64,000 bases of DNA from an uncultured bacterium (GCA_938074205.1 CALJES010000012.1:342840-406839); one strand, 5' to 3'. Counted from the stretch's first letter, positions 34,080 to 44,540 are shown. Notes: generated from the sequence alone by a model not told the origin. A program made the numbers and translations.

Positions 34080-34893
34080 CTGCCAAGTAGGCTTGCCGCC
34101 AGAACTCAGCGGCCTTTCGGGCTTCCTGCCATCCTTGCTCGTTGTCAAGACCACACCACGCAGGAACTATCTCGATAGTAGATAGGCATCTGATGCGCAT
34201 CTGAACAAGTATTTCGGCAAGCGCAGACATATCGGCTGTACCCTTGAATAGCGGAGCATGCTGATCTCGCTCGCCGTTGTTATTGTGGATGTGCAGCTCG
34301 TTGACAGGAAGTGACAGGCGGCGAAAAAAGTCTTGTGCGGCTTCAACCGGAAAGGGAACATCCAGACCGTGCTGGCGCCGCAGTCTGATGTTCAGGTGCC
34401 CTAGGTCGATCAGTAGACCAAAATGTTCAAACTGCGCCAGATCCTCGCAAGCCGCGAGTTGGTCTTGCGTCACGGGCCAATCTTCGACCCCAACCTTGAC
34501 GCCGGTGCGTGCAGCACACGCAAGCATTTCCTTCAGAACATTCCTCATATGCGACGACAAGTATGCTCCGTTGCGGGTGCGAGCAGGATCGTAATGAATA
34601 CAGGCCAGGCGGCTAGTGCGTCCATGCCAGGCTAGAAACGCATTGAAGTCTTCCAAGAGCGACTCGGGCGGTATAGGGTCGAATCCAGACATCATACTGG
34701 CGTGAATTGTAACACCAAGAGAGGTCTGCAGGATTATATCTTCGACATCTTGGCACTCGCCGCGGCAGAGGCTAGCCGCGTCTTGGCCGATCAAACTCAC
34801 GAAATCGAATCCCTCCTCAGCGCAGTGCAGAATGCGTTGAGACAGTGTGCCCTGAGTGAAGTTCCATATTGCCAAACCTATTCCATTTTGCAT
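34069..34893 (-). CDS. Sugar-phosphate isomerase/epimerase (xylose isomerase-like TIM barrel)
   Basis: VED, IDLGH, LHIHNNNGERDQH, TIE. Confidence 0.85.
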   Translation of the reverse strand: MQNGIGLAIWNFTQGTLSQRILHCAEEGFDFVSLIGQDAASLCRGECQDVEDIILQTSLGVTIHASMMSGFDPIPPESLLEDFNAFLAWHGRTSRLACIHYDPARTRNGAYLSSHMRNVLKEMLACAARTGVKVGVEDWPVTQDQLAACEDLAQFEHFGLLIDLGHLNIRLRRQHGLDVPFPVEAAQDFFRRLSLPVNELHIHNNNGERDQHAPLFKGTADMSALAEILVQMRIRCLSTIEIVPAWCGLDNEQGWQEARKAAEFWRQAYLAAIS

Positions 34894-34963
34894 ATTGTTA
34901 GAGTTCCTTCCATAAGTATCTCACACAAACAGCGTGCGATGTTTCATCTTTCGCTAAGTTGGT

Positions 34964-36022
34964 CTAAACTGCGCTCGAAGCGTTGCCCACGCTGTGCCTC
35001 TTTAGCTGGCCGCATGCTGCCGCAACCGTGTGGCCGCGCTCTGCGCGCTGAGTAACCTGCACCCCATGGCGTTCCAAAACTGCGCGAAAAGCGGCTATGG
35101 CACGCTCCGATGGACGTCTGAAGTCTTTTCCAAGTACTTCATTGAACGGGATCAGATTTACATGACAGAGGGCGCCTCTCACAAGCTTTGCCAGACGAGC
35201 CGCGTGGGACGGCGAATCGTTTACTCCTGCAAGCAGTAGGTACTCAAAGGTAATTCGGCGCTTCGTGTAGTCCGCGTAGTCTTTGCAGACGGAGAGCAGT
35301 TCTTCCAAGGGGTATTTTGCAGATAATGGTACAAGTCGCTTTCGAAGATCTTGCTCCGGCGCGTGGAGCGACACTGCTAGCGTCAACTGTAGTTTGAGGT
35401 CAGCCATCCTGCGAATTGCAGGTGTGATGCCGACAGTTGAAACAGTCATCCGCCTCATCGAAATGCCCACTTCATCGTGCAAAAGCTGAATAGCTTTGAG
35501 CAGATTGTCAAAATTCAGGAGCGGCTCGCCCATGCCCATGAATACGACGTGCGTAGCACGGTTTTCTTCGCTGAGTGTCAGCACTTGATCGACTATTTCC
35601 CCGGCGGTCAGGTTGCGCGCGAAACCTGTTGCGCCGGTGGCACAAAACACACATCCAACGGGGCAGCCCACCTGTGTCGACACGCACACGCTCACACGGT
35701 CCGGATACGGCAGCAGAACTGACTCGATTGTTTCCCCGTCCGCAAGCCGTAACAAGAATTTGGTTGTGCCATCCTCAGCCTTGTACTTGGTAACTATTTG
35801 GGAGCGTGTGAGAGAGATTGTATCCTTCAAGCGCTCACGCAGCGCTTTAGGCAGATTTGTCATTAAGTCGAAATCTCGAGCACCCTTGCGATACAACCAG
35901 TTGGCCAATTGCTTAGCTCTGTACCGCGGCTCGCCGAGTTCATCGCATAGCGTGGCGAGTTCTGACGATGTCAGTCCGAAGATCTCCTTTTGTCGATCCG
36001 AAGCCATCTCGACCTGATGCAA
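34964..36022 (-). CDS. rlmN: 23S rRNA (A2503-C2) methyltransferase RlmN
   Basis: CPVGCVFCATG, MGMGEP, SLHA, AACGQL. Start is possibly 36007. Confidence 0.96.
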   Translation of the reverse strand: MHQVEMASDRQKEIFGLTSSELATLCDELGEPRYRAKQLANWLYRKGARDFDLMTNLPKALRERLKDTISLTRSQIVTKYKAEDGTTKFLLRLADGETIESVLLPYPDRVSVCVSTQVGCPVGCVFCATGATGFARNLTAGEIVDQVLTLSEENRATHVVFMGMGEPLLNFDNLLKAIQLLHDEVGISMRRMTVSTVGITPAIRRMADLKLQLTLAVSLHAPEQDLRKRLVPLSAKYPLEELLSVCKDYADYTKRRITFEYLLLAGVNDSPSHAARLAKLVRGALCHVNLIPFNEVLGKDFRRPSERAIAAFRAVLERHGVQVTQRAERGHTVAAACGQLKRHSVGNASSAV

Positions 36023-36025
36023 AGG

Positions 36026-37165
36026 TCACCCGCAAAAGCTCTTTGCAAGCCGTACCATCGTCTGATAGTTGATGAGCGTTCTCTGGCTGATGATGCGACC
36101 GTACGGAGCAGCTGTCGGCATCAGAACGAAGCCTCTGCCCTCACCGTCTGTTCCGTTGCGTAGAGTCTTCGCAACTAACTTTTCAAACTCATCGGGTGGT
36201 AACGTTTCGATGTCGGACACTTCTATATTCCCAAATAGAACTAGGTTACTTCCATACTGGCGGCGAACTTCCAACAATTCAACATCCCCCTGAGGCGGCG
36301 GCTCGATCGGGTCCAAACCAACGGCGCCCATTTCCATGATATAAGGCAGAACATTTCTTATGCGACCATGACAGTGAATGCGGGCGAACCCGCCGTATTT
36401 TTGAATCGCCTGGACTAGGAGTCCTGTGTATGGAACCACGTATTCACGAAACAGATTTGGTGGAAGGTAGGGTTCGGTTGCGTACTCAGGCCCACAAATG
36501 CGCCACAAACGACCTGGAAACTCAGATGCCACCTTCTCCACGCGCGGTAGGATGACGCGCGTGAACTTTTCCAACAGCTTGTGGAATAGATGCCTTTCTG
36601 TAAATGCTATTACAGTGTAATCTCCGAGGGAGAAAAGGCTGGCAGCGAGACATATCGGATCTGCAGTGTCGACCATTACTATGCCGCGGTCACCGAGTTC
36701 GGCTTCCACACCGAATAGGTTGGAAACGTCTGGTTCACGGATGAGCACATCGTCGGGAATCTCTAGGTACAGTTTCGCGTCTTCCGGAGTTTTCAATAGG
36801 TGCTCAATAGTCCAAACGGTGTGCACGTCCGGATCGCGCCTAGTAAGCGAGGTTAGCACTCTGCCACCGACGTGAACTGACGTGCGTGTGTAGAGAGAGC
36901 CGTTCTCGATCCAACTTTCCGTCTTGAAAAACTCCTCTATCTGCACTCCCGGCAGGGGGCTATAAGCCGGGGAGCACATACGGATTATGTCCGTCTCGTT
37001 CTCCGCGAGCTCTAGCAGCGGCCACCAACTGGGATGGTTGTAGATGTTGAAGGGGTCAGGGTTGTTAGGGTCTGCTTTCCAACCGCCTATTTCATAGAAA
37101 GACACCGGTGGTCGATCCACTGGCTCACCCCGCAGTGTCGCCACCAGCCTCTCGCGTCTGGTCAT
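36026..37165 (-). CDS. Uroporphyrinogen decarboxylase-family (URO-D/CIMS-like) protein
   Basis: MTRRERLVATLRGEPVDRPP, HCHG, LFGNI, GFVLMP. AGGAG SD supports ATG 37165. Confidence 0.85.
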   Translation of the reverse strand: MTRRERLVATLRGEPVDRPPVSFYEIGGWKADPNNPDPFNIYNHPSWWPLLELAENETDIIRMCSPAYSPLPGVQIEEFFKTESWIENGSLYTRTSVHVGGRVLTSLTRRDPDVHTVWTIEHLLKTPEDAKLYLEIPDDVLIREPDVSNLFGVEAELGDRGIVMVDTADPICLAASLFSLGDYTVIAFTERHLFHKLLEKFTRVILPRVEKVASEFPGRLWRICGPEYATEPYLPPNLFREYVVPYTGLLVQAIQKYGGFARIHCHGRIRNVLPYIMEMGAVGLDPIEPPPQGDVELLEVRRQYGSNLVLFGNIEVSDIETLPPDEFEKLVAKTLRNGTDGEGRGFVLMPTAAPYGRIISQRTLINYQTMVRLAKSFCG

Positions 37166-37386
37166 ACCCTTAAATCTCCTTGTATTACACAATGCTCCTT
37201 ACGAAGTTCCTTGTGTGATTCCTGCGGATCTGAGAATCCGAAAACAATCGATTAGACAAACCGCTGCAGTCAGATTCACGCACTTGCGTCTGTAATGCCC
37301 ATTCGAGGCAGAAATGTGAGAAGCTTTTTTAGTACGTTTCGGCACGTTTCTTGCATACATGATAAGATGAAACCGGAGGTGCAAAA

Positions 37387-39111
37387 ATGCGGATTGTATA
37401 CTGCTTTCTGGTTGCTTTGACGGTACTTTCTCTTCTGGCACCCAGCCAGGCGATACTTGCGCAGTGCGACCCTGACTGGGCACGCGATCTATTTGCTACG
37501 GAGGGACTAGGCGGTACCACTTATGCTTATGCCAACTCGCTTTGTGTCTTTCGCGACCAAATGTACGTGGGGGGCACGTTTCTGGCGGCAGGAAATCTGT
37601 CTGTGAATTACATCGCCAGGTGGAACGGTTCGTCCTGGCAAGGAGTGGGTTCAGGAGTAAACGGATACGTGCAAGCTATGTGCGAGTATGATGGCGAGTT
37701 GTACGTGGGCGGGCATTTTACATCTGCGGGCGGTATAGAAGCCAACTTCATTGCAAAATGGGATGGTCAGAACTGGTCTCCTGTAGGTGTCGGCACGGAC
37801 GGGCCAGTTCTTGCTCTTTGTGTATACAATGGTGAGCTTTACGCAGGCGGTGCCTTCACGGCAGCAGGAGGAATTCCGGCGCTTCACATAGCAAAGTGGA
37901 ACGGCTCGTCATGGAACGCTGTCGGTAGTGGCCTTGATGGGGGAGCCTTTCCTTACGTGTTCGCGCTTTGCGTTTACAACGGAGAGCTGTATGCTGGAGG
38001 CGGATTCCAACGCGCAGGTAACGTGAACGTACCTTACGTAGCCAGGTGGAACGGTGAAGAGTGGCGAGCGCTCACATCCGGTGTGAACAACTTCGTCCAG
38101 AGCCTTTGCGTCTTCGATGGCAAGCTCTGTGCGGGCGGTGACTTTACCCTAGCCGGAGGCATGCCGGCCGCCAGAATCGCTTGCTGGGACGGTTCCTCGT
38201 GGCAATCGTTGGGCTCTGGCATGAACCAGTCTGTGCGAGCTTTGCTTGAGTTTGATGGTAAGCTCTATGCGGCAGGCGCATTCACCACAGCAGGTGGCGT
38301 ACAAGCAAGCAGGATAGCCGTATGGGATGGCAGCTCTTGGCAGTCGTTGGGCAATGGTATTGGTGGCGAATATCCCGTCGTCTATGCGTTGTGTGATTAC
38401 ACCGACGGAATAGGGCCTGGTAAAGCCCTGTATGTCGGCGGTTATTTTTCAAGCGCTGGTGGGTACGACTCGCTCTGCATAGCTCGTTGGGGTTGTGAAA
38501 GTGCTGTGATGACCATTCCGGAAGCAAAACTAAGCTTTGACAACCGACTTGTGACCCTAACGGGCGTTGTTTCAACCATGGCTGACCAACCAGTTTTCTA
38601 CGTGTCTGAGGTTACCGAAGGCATTCAAGTTTCCGGCATAAGGGTGGAGATGGAGGACAACAACCTGACCGCTGGACAGCGGGTGAACCTCATAGGGCGA
38701 CTCGCGACGAATTCTAATGGTGAACGATACATACGAGCATGGTCAGCCCAAGCGATAGAGCCGGCGACCGCAAGACCATTTTACCTGGTGGCGAAGAACT
38801 TGGGCGGTGGGCCATTTGGCTTCGCGGGTGGAGCCGGACAGGAAGGTGTTACAGGCGGAGTTGGATTGAACAACATTGGGCTTTTGGTGAAAGTATTCGG
38901 GCGGTTCACCTATGTGGACAGCAATACGTTTTTGCTCGATGACGGAAGTGCCCAGGTTAAGTGCGCAGTGACACCTGACATAACTATAGATCCATCCTGG
39001 CAGTACGTCGTGGTAACGGGCATCGTTTCATGCATACGAGACCAACAAGGGATCCATCCACAGTTGATCGTAAGCTCGGTCGAAGACATTTCTGCCTTGG
39101 ATCAGCGCTAG
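37387..39111 (+). CDS. Secreted beta-propeller repeat protein with C-terminal OB-fold-like module
   Basis: Signal peptide, about 7 repeats of LY(V/A)GGxF..AGG...IA(R/K)W(N/D)G..W, then a C-terminal GLNNIGLLVKVFG..DDGS domain. Confidence 0.8.
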   Translation: MRIVYCFLVALTVLSLLAPSQAILAQCDPDWARDLFATEGLGGTTYAYANSLCVFRDQMYVGGTFLAAGNLSVNYIARWNGSSWQGVGSGVNGYVQAMCEYDGELYVGGHFTSAGGIEANFIAKWDGQNWSPVGVGTDGPVLALCVYNGELYAGGAFTAAGGIPALHIAKWNGSSWNAVGSGLDGGAFPYVFALCVYNGELYAGGGFQRAGNVNVPYVARWNGEEWRALTSGVNNFVQSLCVFDGKLCAGGDFTLAGGMPAARIACWDGSSWQSLGSGMNQSVRALLEFDGKLYAAGAFTTAGGVQASRIAVWDGSSWQSLGNGIGGEYPVVYALCDYTDGIGPGKALYVGGYFSSAGGYDSLCIARWGCESAVMTIPEAKLSFDNRLVTLTGVVSTMADQPVFYVSEVTEGIQVSGIRVEMEDNNLTAGQRVNLIGRLATNSNGERYIRAWSAQAIEPATARPFYLVAKNLGGGPFGFAGGAGQEGVTGGVGLNNIGLLVKVFGRFTYVDSNTFLLDDGSAQVKCAVTPDITIDPSWQYVVVTGIVSCIRDQQGIHPQLIVSSVEDISALDQR

Positions 39112-39143
39112 CTGATCAGTGTCATGGATGCGCCTTGAAGTGG

Positions 39144-40862
39144 TCAGTATTGGTCCTCTTCTAAGAATACCTTACGGCGGGCTTCATCTAACGTGGTGAC
39201 ACCAGCCAGAACTTTCTCGACCGCCGATTCACGCAGCGTTTTCATTCCGGAACGAATGGCAAGCTCGCGAACTTGATTCGCCGTGGGCATTTGTAGTGTT
39301 AGGCGTCTTATCTCTTCGGTAACACGCATGAGCTCTACGACTGCGGTGCGGCCAATAAAACCACCGCTGCAGTGTCCGCATCCGACAGCTTTGTAAAGCG
39401 TGACACCAGTGCGCTGCTCCGAAAATCCTAACACGGCCAGCTCGTCCGGGGTTGCCTCGTAAGCGACTTTGCAGCGAGGACACAATGTGCGCACCAGTCT
39501 TTGTGCGATTATCCCGATGACTGAAGAGCCTATTAGGAATGGTTCCACACCCATATCTGTAAGGCGCGTGATTGCAGAAGCTGCGTCATTGCAGTGAAGT
39601 GTTGAGAAAACAAGGTGCCCAGTCATTGCCGCCTGGAACGCGATTGTGGCGGTCTCTCTGTCCCTTATTTCGCCTACGAATATGACGTCAGGGTCCTGCC
39701 TAAGTATTGCTCGCAATTGAATGGGAAACGTAAGCCCAGTCTTTACATTAACTGCCGACTGGTTTATTCCATCCAATTCGTATTCTATTGGGTCTTCGAC
39801 AGTCATTATGTTAATTTCCGGCGATCGGATGCTGTCCAATGCGGAATATAGTGTGGTTGTCTTTCCACTACCCGTTGGTCCCGTAACCAAAATGATACCG
39901 TGAGGCCGCTTGATCAGGTACTTGAACGACTCTAGATCATCTGCGCTGAAGCCTAGTCTTTCAAGCGACAAGAGCACTCCCGATTTGTCAAGTATTCGCA
40001 CTACTACACGTTCGCCGTGCTGAACTGGCAGTGTGGAGATTCTAAGGTCGATATTTTTGTTGTTCAATTTTACGCTTATCCTGCCGTCTTGGGGAATGCG
40101 CTTCTCTGCTATGTCAAGGTCTGCCATGACCTTGATTCTGCTAACTACCGCGCCTTGCAGGTTTTTGGGTATATCGCGGACGTGCTGCAAAACTCCGTCA
40201 ACGCGATATCGAACCTCCATTCGGTCTGCCCTAGGTTCGAAATGGATATCGCTCGCGCGCTGCCTTATAGCCTCCTGAAGAACCAGGTTCACCGCTTTGA
40301 TGACGGGTGCCTCTTCGCTCTTACGCCGCTCCTCAGATATGTCCGGTGAGAGTTCCGGCTGATCTATCTCTACAGAAATTCCTTCGGAAGCTTGTTCTAT
40401 CGAGGTAGTTATGTCATCGGCAGTTGCAGCGCCGTACAAACGATCTATCAAGGTCTCTATCTGCGACCGGCTTGCCAGCAAAGGTTCTACTCGACGTTTG
40501 GAGACCCGCGTGACAGCGTCCATAGCTTCAACATCCATGGGATCAGCAGTAGCTATTGCGATGCGGTCTTCCGTCGCGTAGATGGGGACGACAGTATATG
40601 TGCGGGCAATACCCTCCGGAACCAATCGAACGACGTAGTCCGGAACTCTGATGTCGGCCAGGTCGACGGAGGGCATTTCCATCTGCAGTGCCCGTGCTTC
40701 TACGATATCTTCTTCAGAAACAAGGCCTGATTCGAGCAGTATCTCGCCCAATCTCTTGTAATTGAATTTCTGCTGTTCGAGCGCCCAATCCAACTGCTTT
40801 TCGGTTATTACACCAGCAGCAACTAGAACGTCGCCCAGCCGTGTCCTAAGCTGCGACTGCAT
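39144..40862 (-). CDS. GspE/PilB-family secretion/pilus ATPase with MshEN domain
   Basis: Two RLGxxL motifs, GPTGSGKTTT, LRQDPD, AAMTGHLV.STLH, Zn tetracysteine. Confidence 0.95.
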   Translation of the reverse strand: MQSQLRTRLGDVLVAAGVITEKQLDWALEQQKFNYKRLGEILLESGLVSEEDIVEARALQMEMPSVDLADIRVPDYVVRLVPEGIARTYTVVPIYATEDRIAIATADPMDVEAMDAVTRVSKRRVEPLLASRSQIETLIDRLYGAATADDITTSIEQASEGISVEIDQPELSPDISEERRKSEEAPVIKAVNLVLQEAIRQRASDIHFEPRADRMEVRYRVDGVLQHVRDIPKNLQGAVVSRIKVMADLDIAEKRIPQDGRISVKLNNKNIDLRISTLPVQHGERVVVRILDKSGVLLSLERLGFSADDLESFKYLIKRPHGIILVTGPTGSGKTTTLYSALDSIRSPEINIMTVEDPIEYELDGINQSAVNVKTGLTFPIQLRAILRQDPDVIFVGEIRDRETATIAFQAAMTGHLVFSTLHCNDAASAITRLTDMGVEPFLIGSSVIGIIAQRLVRTLCPRCKVAYEATPDELAVLGFSEQRTGVTLYKAVGCGHCSGGFIGRTAVVELMRVTEEIRRLTLQMPTANQVRELAIRSGMKTLRESAVEKVLAGVTTLDEARRKVFLEEDQY

Positions 40863-41502
40863 TAGAAGTTCCCTCCACTATCTCGCTAATGCGCTCCGCT
40901 ATTCTCCACAGCGGCAAAATTTCCTGTACCAGACCTGCCTCGATAGCGGCCGAAGGCAAGCCGTGTACAACGCTAGTGGCTTGGTCTTGAGCAATAGTTA
41001 CTCCACCCGCCTCGTGAATTGCCCGCATGCCCTCGCGGCCGTCGGTCCCGACACCGGTCAATAAGACACCCACCGTACGCTTTCCGAAGACTTCCGCTGC
41101 GGAAGTCATAAGCTCGTCGATTCTGTTCCTTGGCGGTTCTGTGCTGCCACTTGCGTATTCTATATTGATACAATAGGCGGGAGTAGGCGCAAAACCGACT
41201 CTAGCTACGCTGACTTTCGCAGTTAAAGGGCATACCAGGATCCTAGAAGCGAGGAGCGCCTGACCATCCTCCGGTTCGAAAACCGGTAATCTGCATAACT
41301 TTTGTAGGTGTTTAACCAGCACTCGCGTGAAACCAGGTCTCATGTGCTGAGCCACAAGTATCGTCGCGGGAATAGTAACTGAAAACTGCGGAAGAATCTG
41401 CGACAAGGCTTGTGGCCCGCCGGCTGTTGCGCCAAATACGACAACCCAATCCGGTGCTTTCTGATTCAATCTTTGACCTGCTGAGTCATTTGTGTTCGCC
41501 AT
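40846..41502 (-). CDS. Stand-alone CheB methylesterase-domain protein (catalytic Ser replaced by Thr)
   Basis: GATAGGP (canonical GASTGGP), QHM, LTGVGTDG, IAQD..TSVVHGLP; no receiver domain. Confidence 0.85.
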   Translation of the reverse strand: MANTNDSAGQRLNQKAPDWVVVFGATAGGPQALSQILPQFSVTIPATILVAQHMRPGFTRVLVKHLQKLCRLPVFEPEDGQALLASRILVCPLTAKVSVARVGFAPTPAYCINIEYASGSTEPPRNRIDELMTSAAEVFGKRTVGVLLTGVGTDGREGMRAIHEAGGVTIAQDQATSVVHGLPSAAIEAGLVQEILPLWRIAERISEIVEGTSNAVAA

Positions 41503-41526
41503 CTTGGTCCCCCTTGCTTCCAGAGC

Positions 41527-42360
41527 CTACTGAGGCTCAACAGAAATCGAGCGGCCGTCAGTAACCATTTTGACTATGCCGTCGTTGTCAGTTCTGTACA
41601 CCCTCGCACCGGTATTATTCGCATCTATCCGTTCGAGGATAGAGCGACCGGGCTTCTTGTGCCCCCTGTTGACAAGCAACACAAAATACTTTGGTTTCGC
41701 CGCGACAATCAGCTCCAACGAAGTAGTTGAATACCGACCGTTTCGCCCTATAACCAAGATATCAGTGCTAACGTCCTGCCCAGATCGAATTAGGTAACCC
41801 TCATCTTCGATACCAGCGTCCGACATCAGCAAAAATCGACTTCTTCGATATTGCAAACGCGTTATCAACGGCCTTTCATCAGCATCGACCGCATCTCGCG
41901 GAGGCGACAACGCAGTAAGCCTAAGCTCGCCACCGAGTCGAAAGGAGTCTCCTCCAAATAGGAGCACCTCCGCAATGCTGCCACCAGGTCCGTGAATAGA
42001 TTCGGCCCATGGTGTGCCGGTGTGTATAACGCGGCGCACTTCGAAAGCCTCGAAAAGCCGCCGCAGAGTCTCTAAAATGGTTCCGTTGCCACGCGTTATT
42101 AGAACGTCGATCGACGAAATGTCGTTATACCGAAGATACTCTACAAGGGCATCGGCAGTATTTGGAGCGCCTGGGTCGATGACAAGTGCGCGTCCATCTG
42201 GCATCTTGAAAACTGTAGCGTTGCCAAAGTCCGCAGTTAGGAAACTTGCTATTACAACGGGACCTGCGGGTCTAGATACTCTCTTGCCCTGCCGGTTCAA
42301 AAGGAAAAACGCACCTGACGACAGGACTACTATGATGATTATCGGCAAGAGCTTACGCAT
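41527..42360 (-). CDS. ComEC/Rec2-like metallo-beta-lactamase-fold protein with degenerate active site
   Basis: N-terminal TM, LVIDPG, RFLLMSD, VYRTDNDG. HxHxDH is replaced by RGNGTI. Confidence 0.75.
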   Translation of the reverse strand: MRKLLPIIIIVVLSSGAFFLLNRQGKRVSRPAGPVVIASFLTADFGNATVFKMPDGRALVIDPGAPNTADALVEYLRYNDISSIDVLITRGNGTILETLRRLFEAFEVRRVIHTGTPWAESIHGPGGSIAEVLLFGGDSFRLGGELRLTALSPPRDAVDADERPLITRLQYRRSRFLLMSDAGIEDEGYLIRSGQDVSTDILVIGRNGRYSTTSLELIVAAKPKYFVLLVNRGHKKPGRSILERIDANNTGARVYRTDNDGIVKMVTDGRSISVEPQ

Positions 42361-42527
42361 TCTTTCCTCACGGGTAAATCATATTGGTGCAGGATGACTG
42401 AGTCAATGAGACACAGGGTTAAAAGCGCCTATAGTAGACAGTTTTGACAAAGGATTTAAGCCAAGATGTGCAGTAAGAACAAACGTGAAATCACAGGTCT
42501 AAGCAGCAGCTTTGAGGTACATCGTGC

Positions 42528-42899
42528 ATGTCCATCATAGGAATTGGCACAGACATAGTAGAGATCAGGCGAATAGAAGAGATTGTCAGGAAAACAGACC
42601 GATTCTGCAAGCGCATATTCACACCTTCTGAGATTGCTTACTGCGATTCGAAGGGCAAGTCTCGTTACGCTAGTTTGGCAGCAAGGTTCGCCGCCAAGGA
42701 GGCGGTGGCAAAAGCAATCGGGCAGCCTTTGCCGTGGCAAGATGTGGAAATATTTACTCAGCCGAATGGAAAACCAACCGTGAGACTACACGGTCGTGCC
42801 GAACAGCTAGCCGGAAAATCGAAAGTCCACATAAGTCTGGCGCACACAAGGAGCTATGCTCATGCAGTAGCAGTGGTGGAGGTTGATGAGAACCGATGA
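42528..42899 (+). CDS. acpS: Holo-[acyl-carrier-protein] synthase
   Basis: GIGTDIVEI.R, RFAAKEA..KA, SLAH. Confidence 0.96.
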   Translation: MSIIGIGTDIVEIRRIEEIVRKTDRFCKRIFTPSEIAYCDSKGKSRYASLAARFAAKEAVAKAIGQPLPWQDVEIFTQPNGKPTVRLHGRAEQLAGKSKVHISLAHTRSYAHAVAVVEVDENR

Positions 42900-44506
42900 A
42901 AGTAAGGAAGCCTCCGATGAGGATGCATTTGGTGAACGCGGAGGAAATGCGTTTCCTCGACCGGCTGGCCACTGAGAAGTACGGCATTCCCAGCCTGCTC
43001 CTTATGGAAAATGCTGGTCGGGCAGTTAGCGCTACCGCAGTTGAAATCTTAGGCGAAGTTCGCGGTCGCAGGGTTTTGGTTGTATGCGGTCCTGGAAATA
43101 ACGGGGGCGACGGTTTTGTAGCCGCGCGGCACTTGCATAACGCAGGAGCCGACGTCCGCATATCATACTTCGGCGATAGGTCGAGGTCAAAAGGTGATGC
43201 CCTCACCAACTTGGAAATCGCCGAAAAAATGCAACTGGATATAGATTTTTCAGGAAGCCTGAGGCGCTTGAGGTTATCAGCCGGCTGGGCTGAGCTAGTA
43301 GTCGATGCGCTTCTTGGAACTGGTGTCAAGGGCGAGATCACTGGAGATCTAGCCAAAGCTATCGAGACAATCAATACCCACAAAGTGGGAGAAGTTATTG
43401 CAGTAGATATACCTTCCGGCGTCGATGCTGATACGGGGAAAACATGGGGAACGCTGCCGATGGGTGGCGCAGTAGATGCCGATTACACCGTGACCTTCGG
43501 TTTACCAAAAACCGGCCTAGTGACATACCCAGGCGCGAGCTATGTGGGGGAACTCATTGTAGCAGACATAAGCATTCCCAAGGAAGCTCTCAATAGCTGC
43601 AACAGCCAAACGTTCTTGCTAGACCCGAACGCTTTCTCCCTACCGCCCTGCAGATATGCCGCATCGCACAAAGGCGACTATGGTCACCTCGTCATAGTTG
43701 CAGGATCTGTCGGCATGACGGGAGCTGCCGCTTTGGCAGCCGAAGGAGCACTAAGAATAGGTACCGGACTGGTGACTGTGGCAGTGCCGGAGTCTTTGAA
43801 TGATATACTTGAAGTGAAACTTACCGAAGCGATGACAATACCTGTTGCGGAGAATCAGGCACGGGCTTTTGGTAAAGCTTCTGTCGACCAGACGTTAGAA
43901 ATTATCAATAAACGCGATGCTGTTGCGATTGGTCCTGGGTTGGGCCGTGGCGAGGATACGGTTGCATTCGTTCTGGACGTGGTGCACAGACTCGAAAGGC
44001 CAGCAGTCATCGATGCCGACGGGCTGTTTGCCGTTTCCAAAGACCTGAGTGTGCTCAAGGCTGCGAGAGAAGCAATCGTTATCACTCCCCATCCCGGCGA
44101 GATGGCGATCCTATTAGGAACTAGCGTTTCGGAGGTTCAGTCAAATCGTTTAGAGGTAGCTCGTGCGTTTGCTAAGGATTATGGTGTGACTGTAGTCTTG
44201 AAAGGAGCGGGAACTGTAGTTGCTCATCCAAGTGGCCGCGCTTTTGTCAACACCAGCGGCTCCCCAGGAATGGCGACCGGTGGAGTTGGAGACGTTCTCT
44301 CCGGAATGATTGGAGGACTGCTCGCTCAGGAATGGACTCCTGAGTCTGCGGCCTGCGCGGCAGTGTATCTACACGGTCGCGCGGGTGAGCTTGCTGCCGA
44401 AGAGTGCACTGAACCTTCGATGATCGCGTCCGACGTGGCTAGACACATAGGAGATGCCATCAACGAGACTATATACCTACAACACAGACAACGCGGAGAA
44501 GACTGA
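42896..44506 (+). CDS. nnr: Bifunctional NAD(P)H-hydrate epimerase/dehydratase
   Basis: LMENAG, GPGNNGGDG, DIPSG, HKGDYG, TPHPGE, GVGDVLSG. Confidence 0.95.
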   Translation: MKVRKPPMRMHLVNAEEMRFLDRLATEKYGIPSLLLMENAGRAVSATAVEILGEVRGRRVLVVCGPGNNGGDGFVAARHLHNAGADVRISYFGDRSRSKGDALTNLEIAEKMQLDIDFSGSLRRLRLSAGWAELVVDALLGTGVKGEITGDLAKAIETINTHKVGEVIAVDIPSGVDADTGKTWGTLPMGGAVDADYTVTFGLPKTGLVTYPGASYVGELIVADISIPKEALNSCNSQTFLLDPNAFSLPPCRYAASHKGDYGHLVIVAGSVGMTGAAALAAEGALRIGTGLVTVAVPESLNDILEVKLTEAMTIPVAENQARAFGKASVDQTLEIINKRDAVAIGPGLGRGEDTVAFVLDVVHRLERPAVIDADGLFAVSKDLSVLKAAREAIVITPHPGEMAILLGTSVSEVQSNRLEVARAFAKDYGVTVVLKGAGTVVAHPSGRAFVNTSGSPGMATGGVGDVLSGMIGGLLAQEWTPESAACAAVYLHGRAGELAAEECTEPSMIASDVARHIGDAINETIYLQHRQRGED

Positions 44507-44540
44507 CAGGAAAGAGCTGCTAGGAAAGGGGTGAGCCGCT

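Noticed and set aside
37537..38490. DNA repeats of ~140 bp period
   Set aside because: Explained by beta-propeller blade repeats in the protein.
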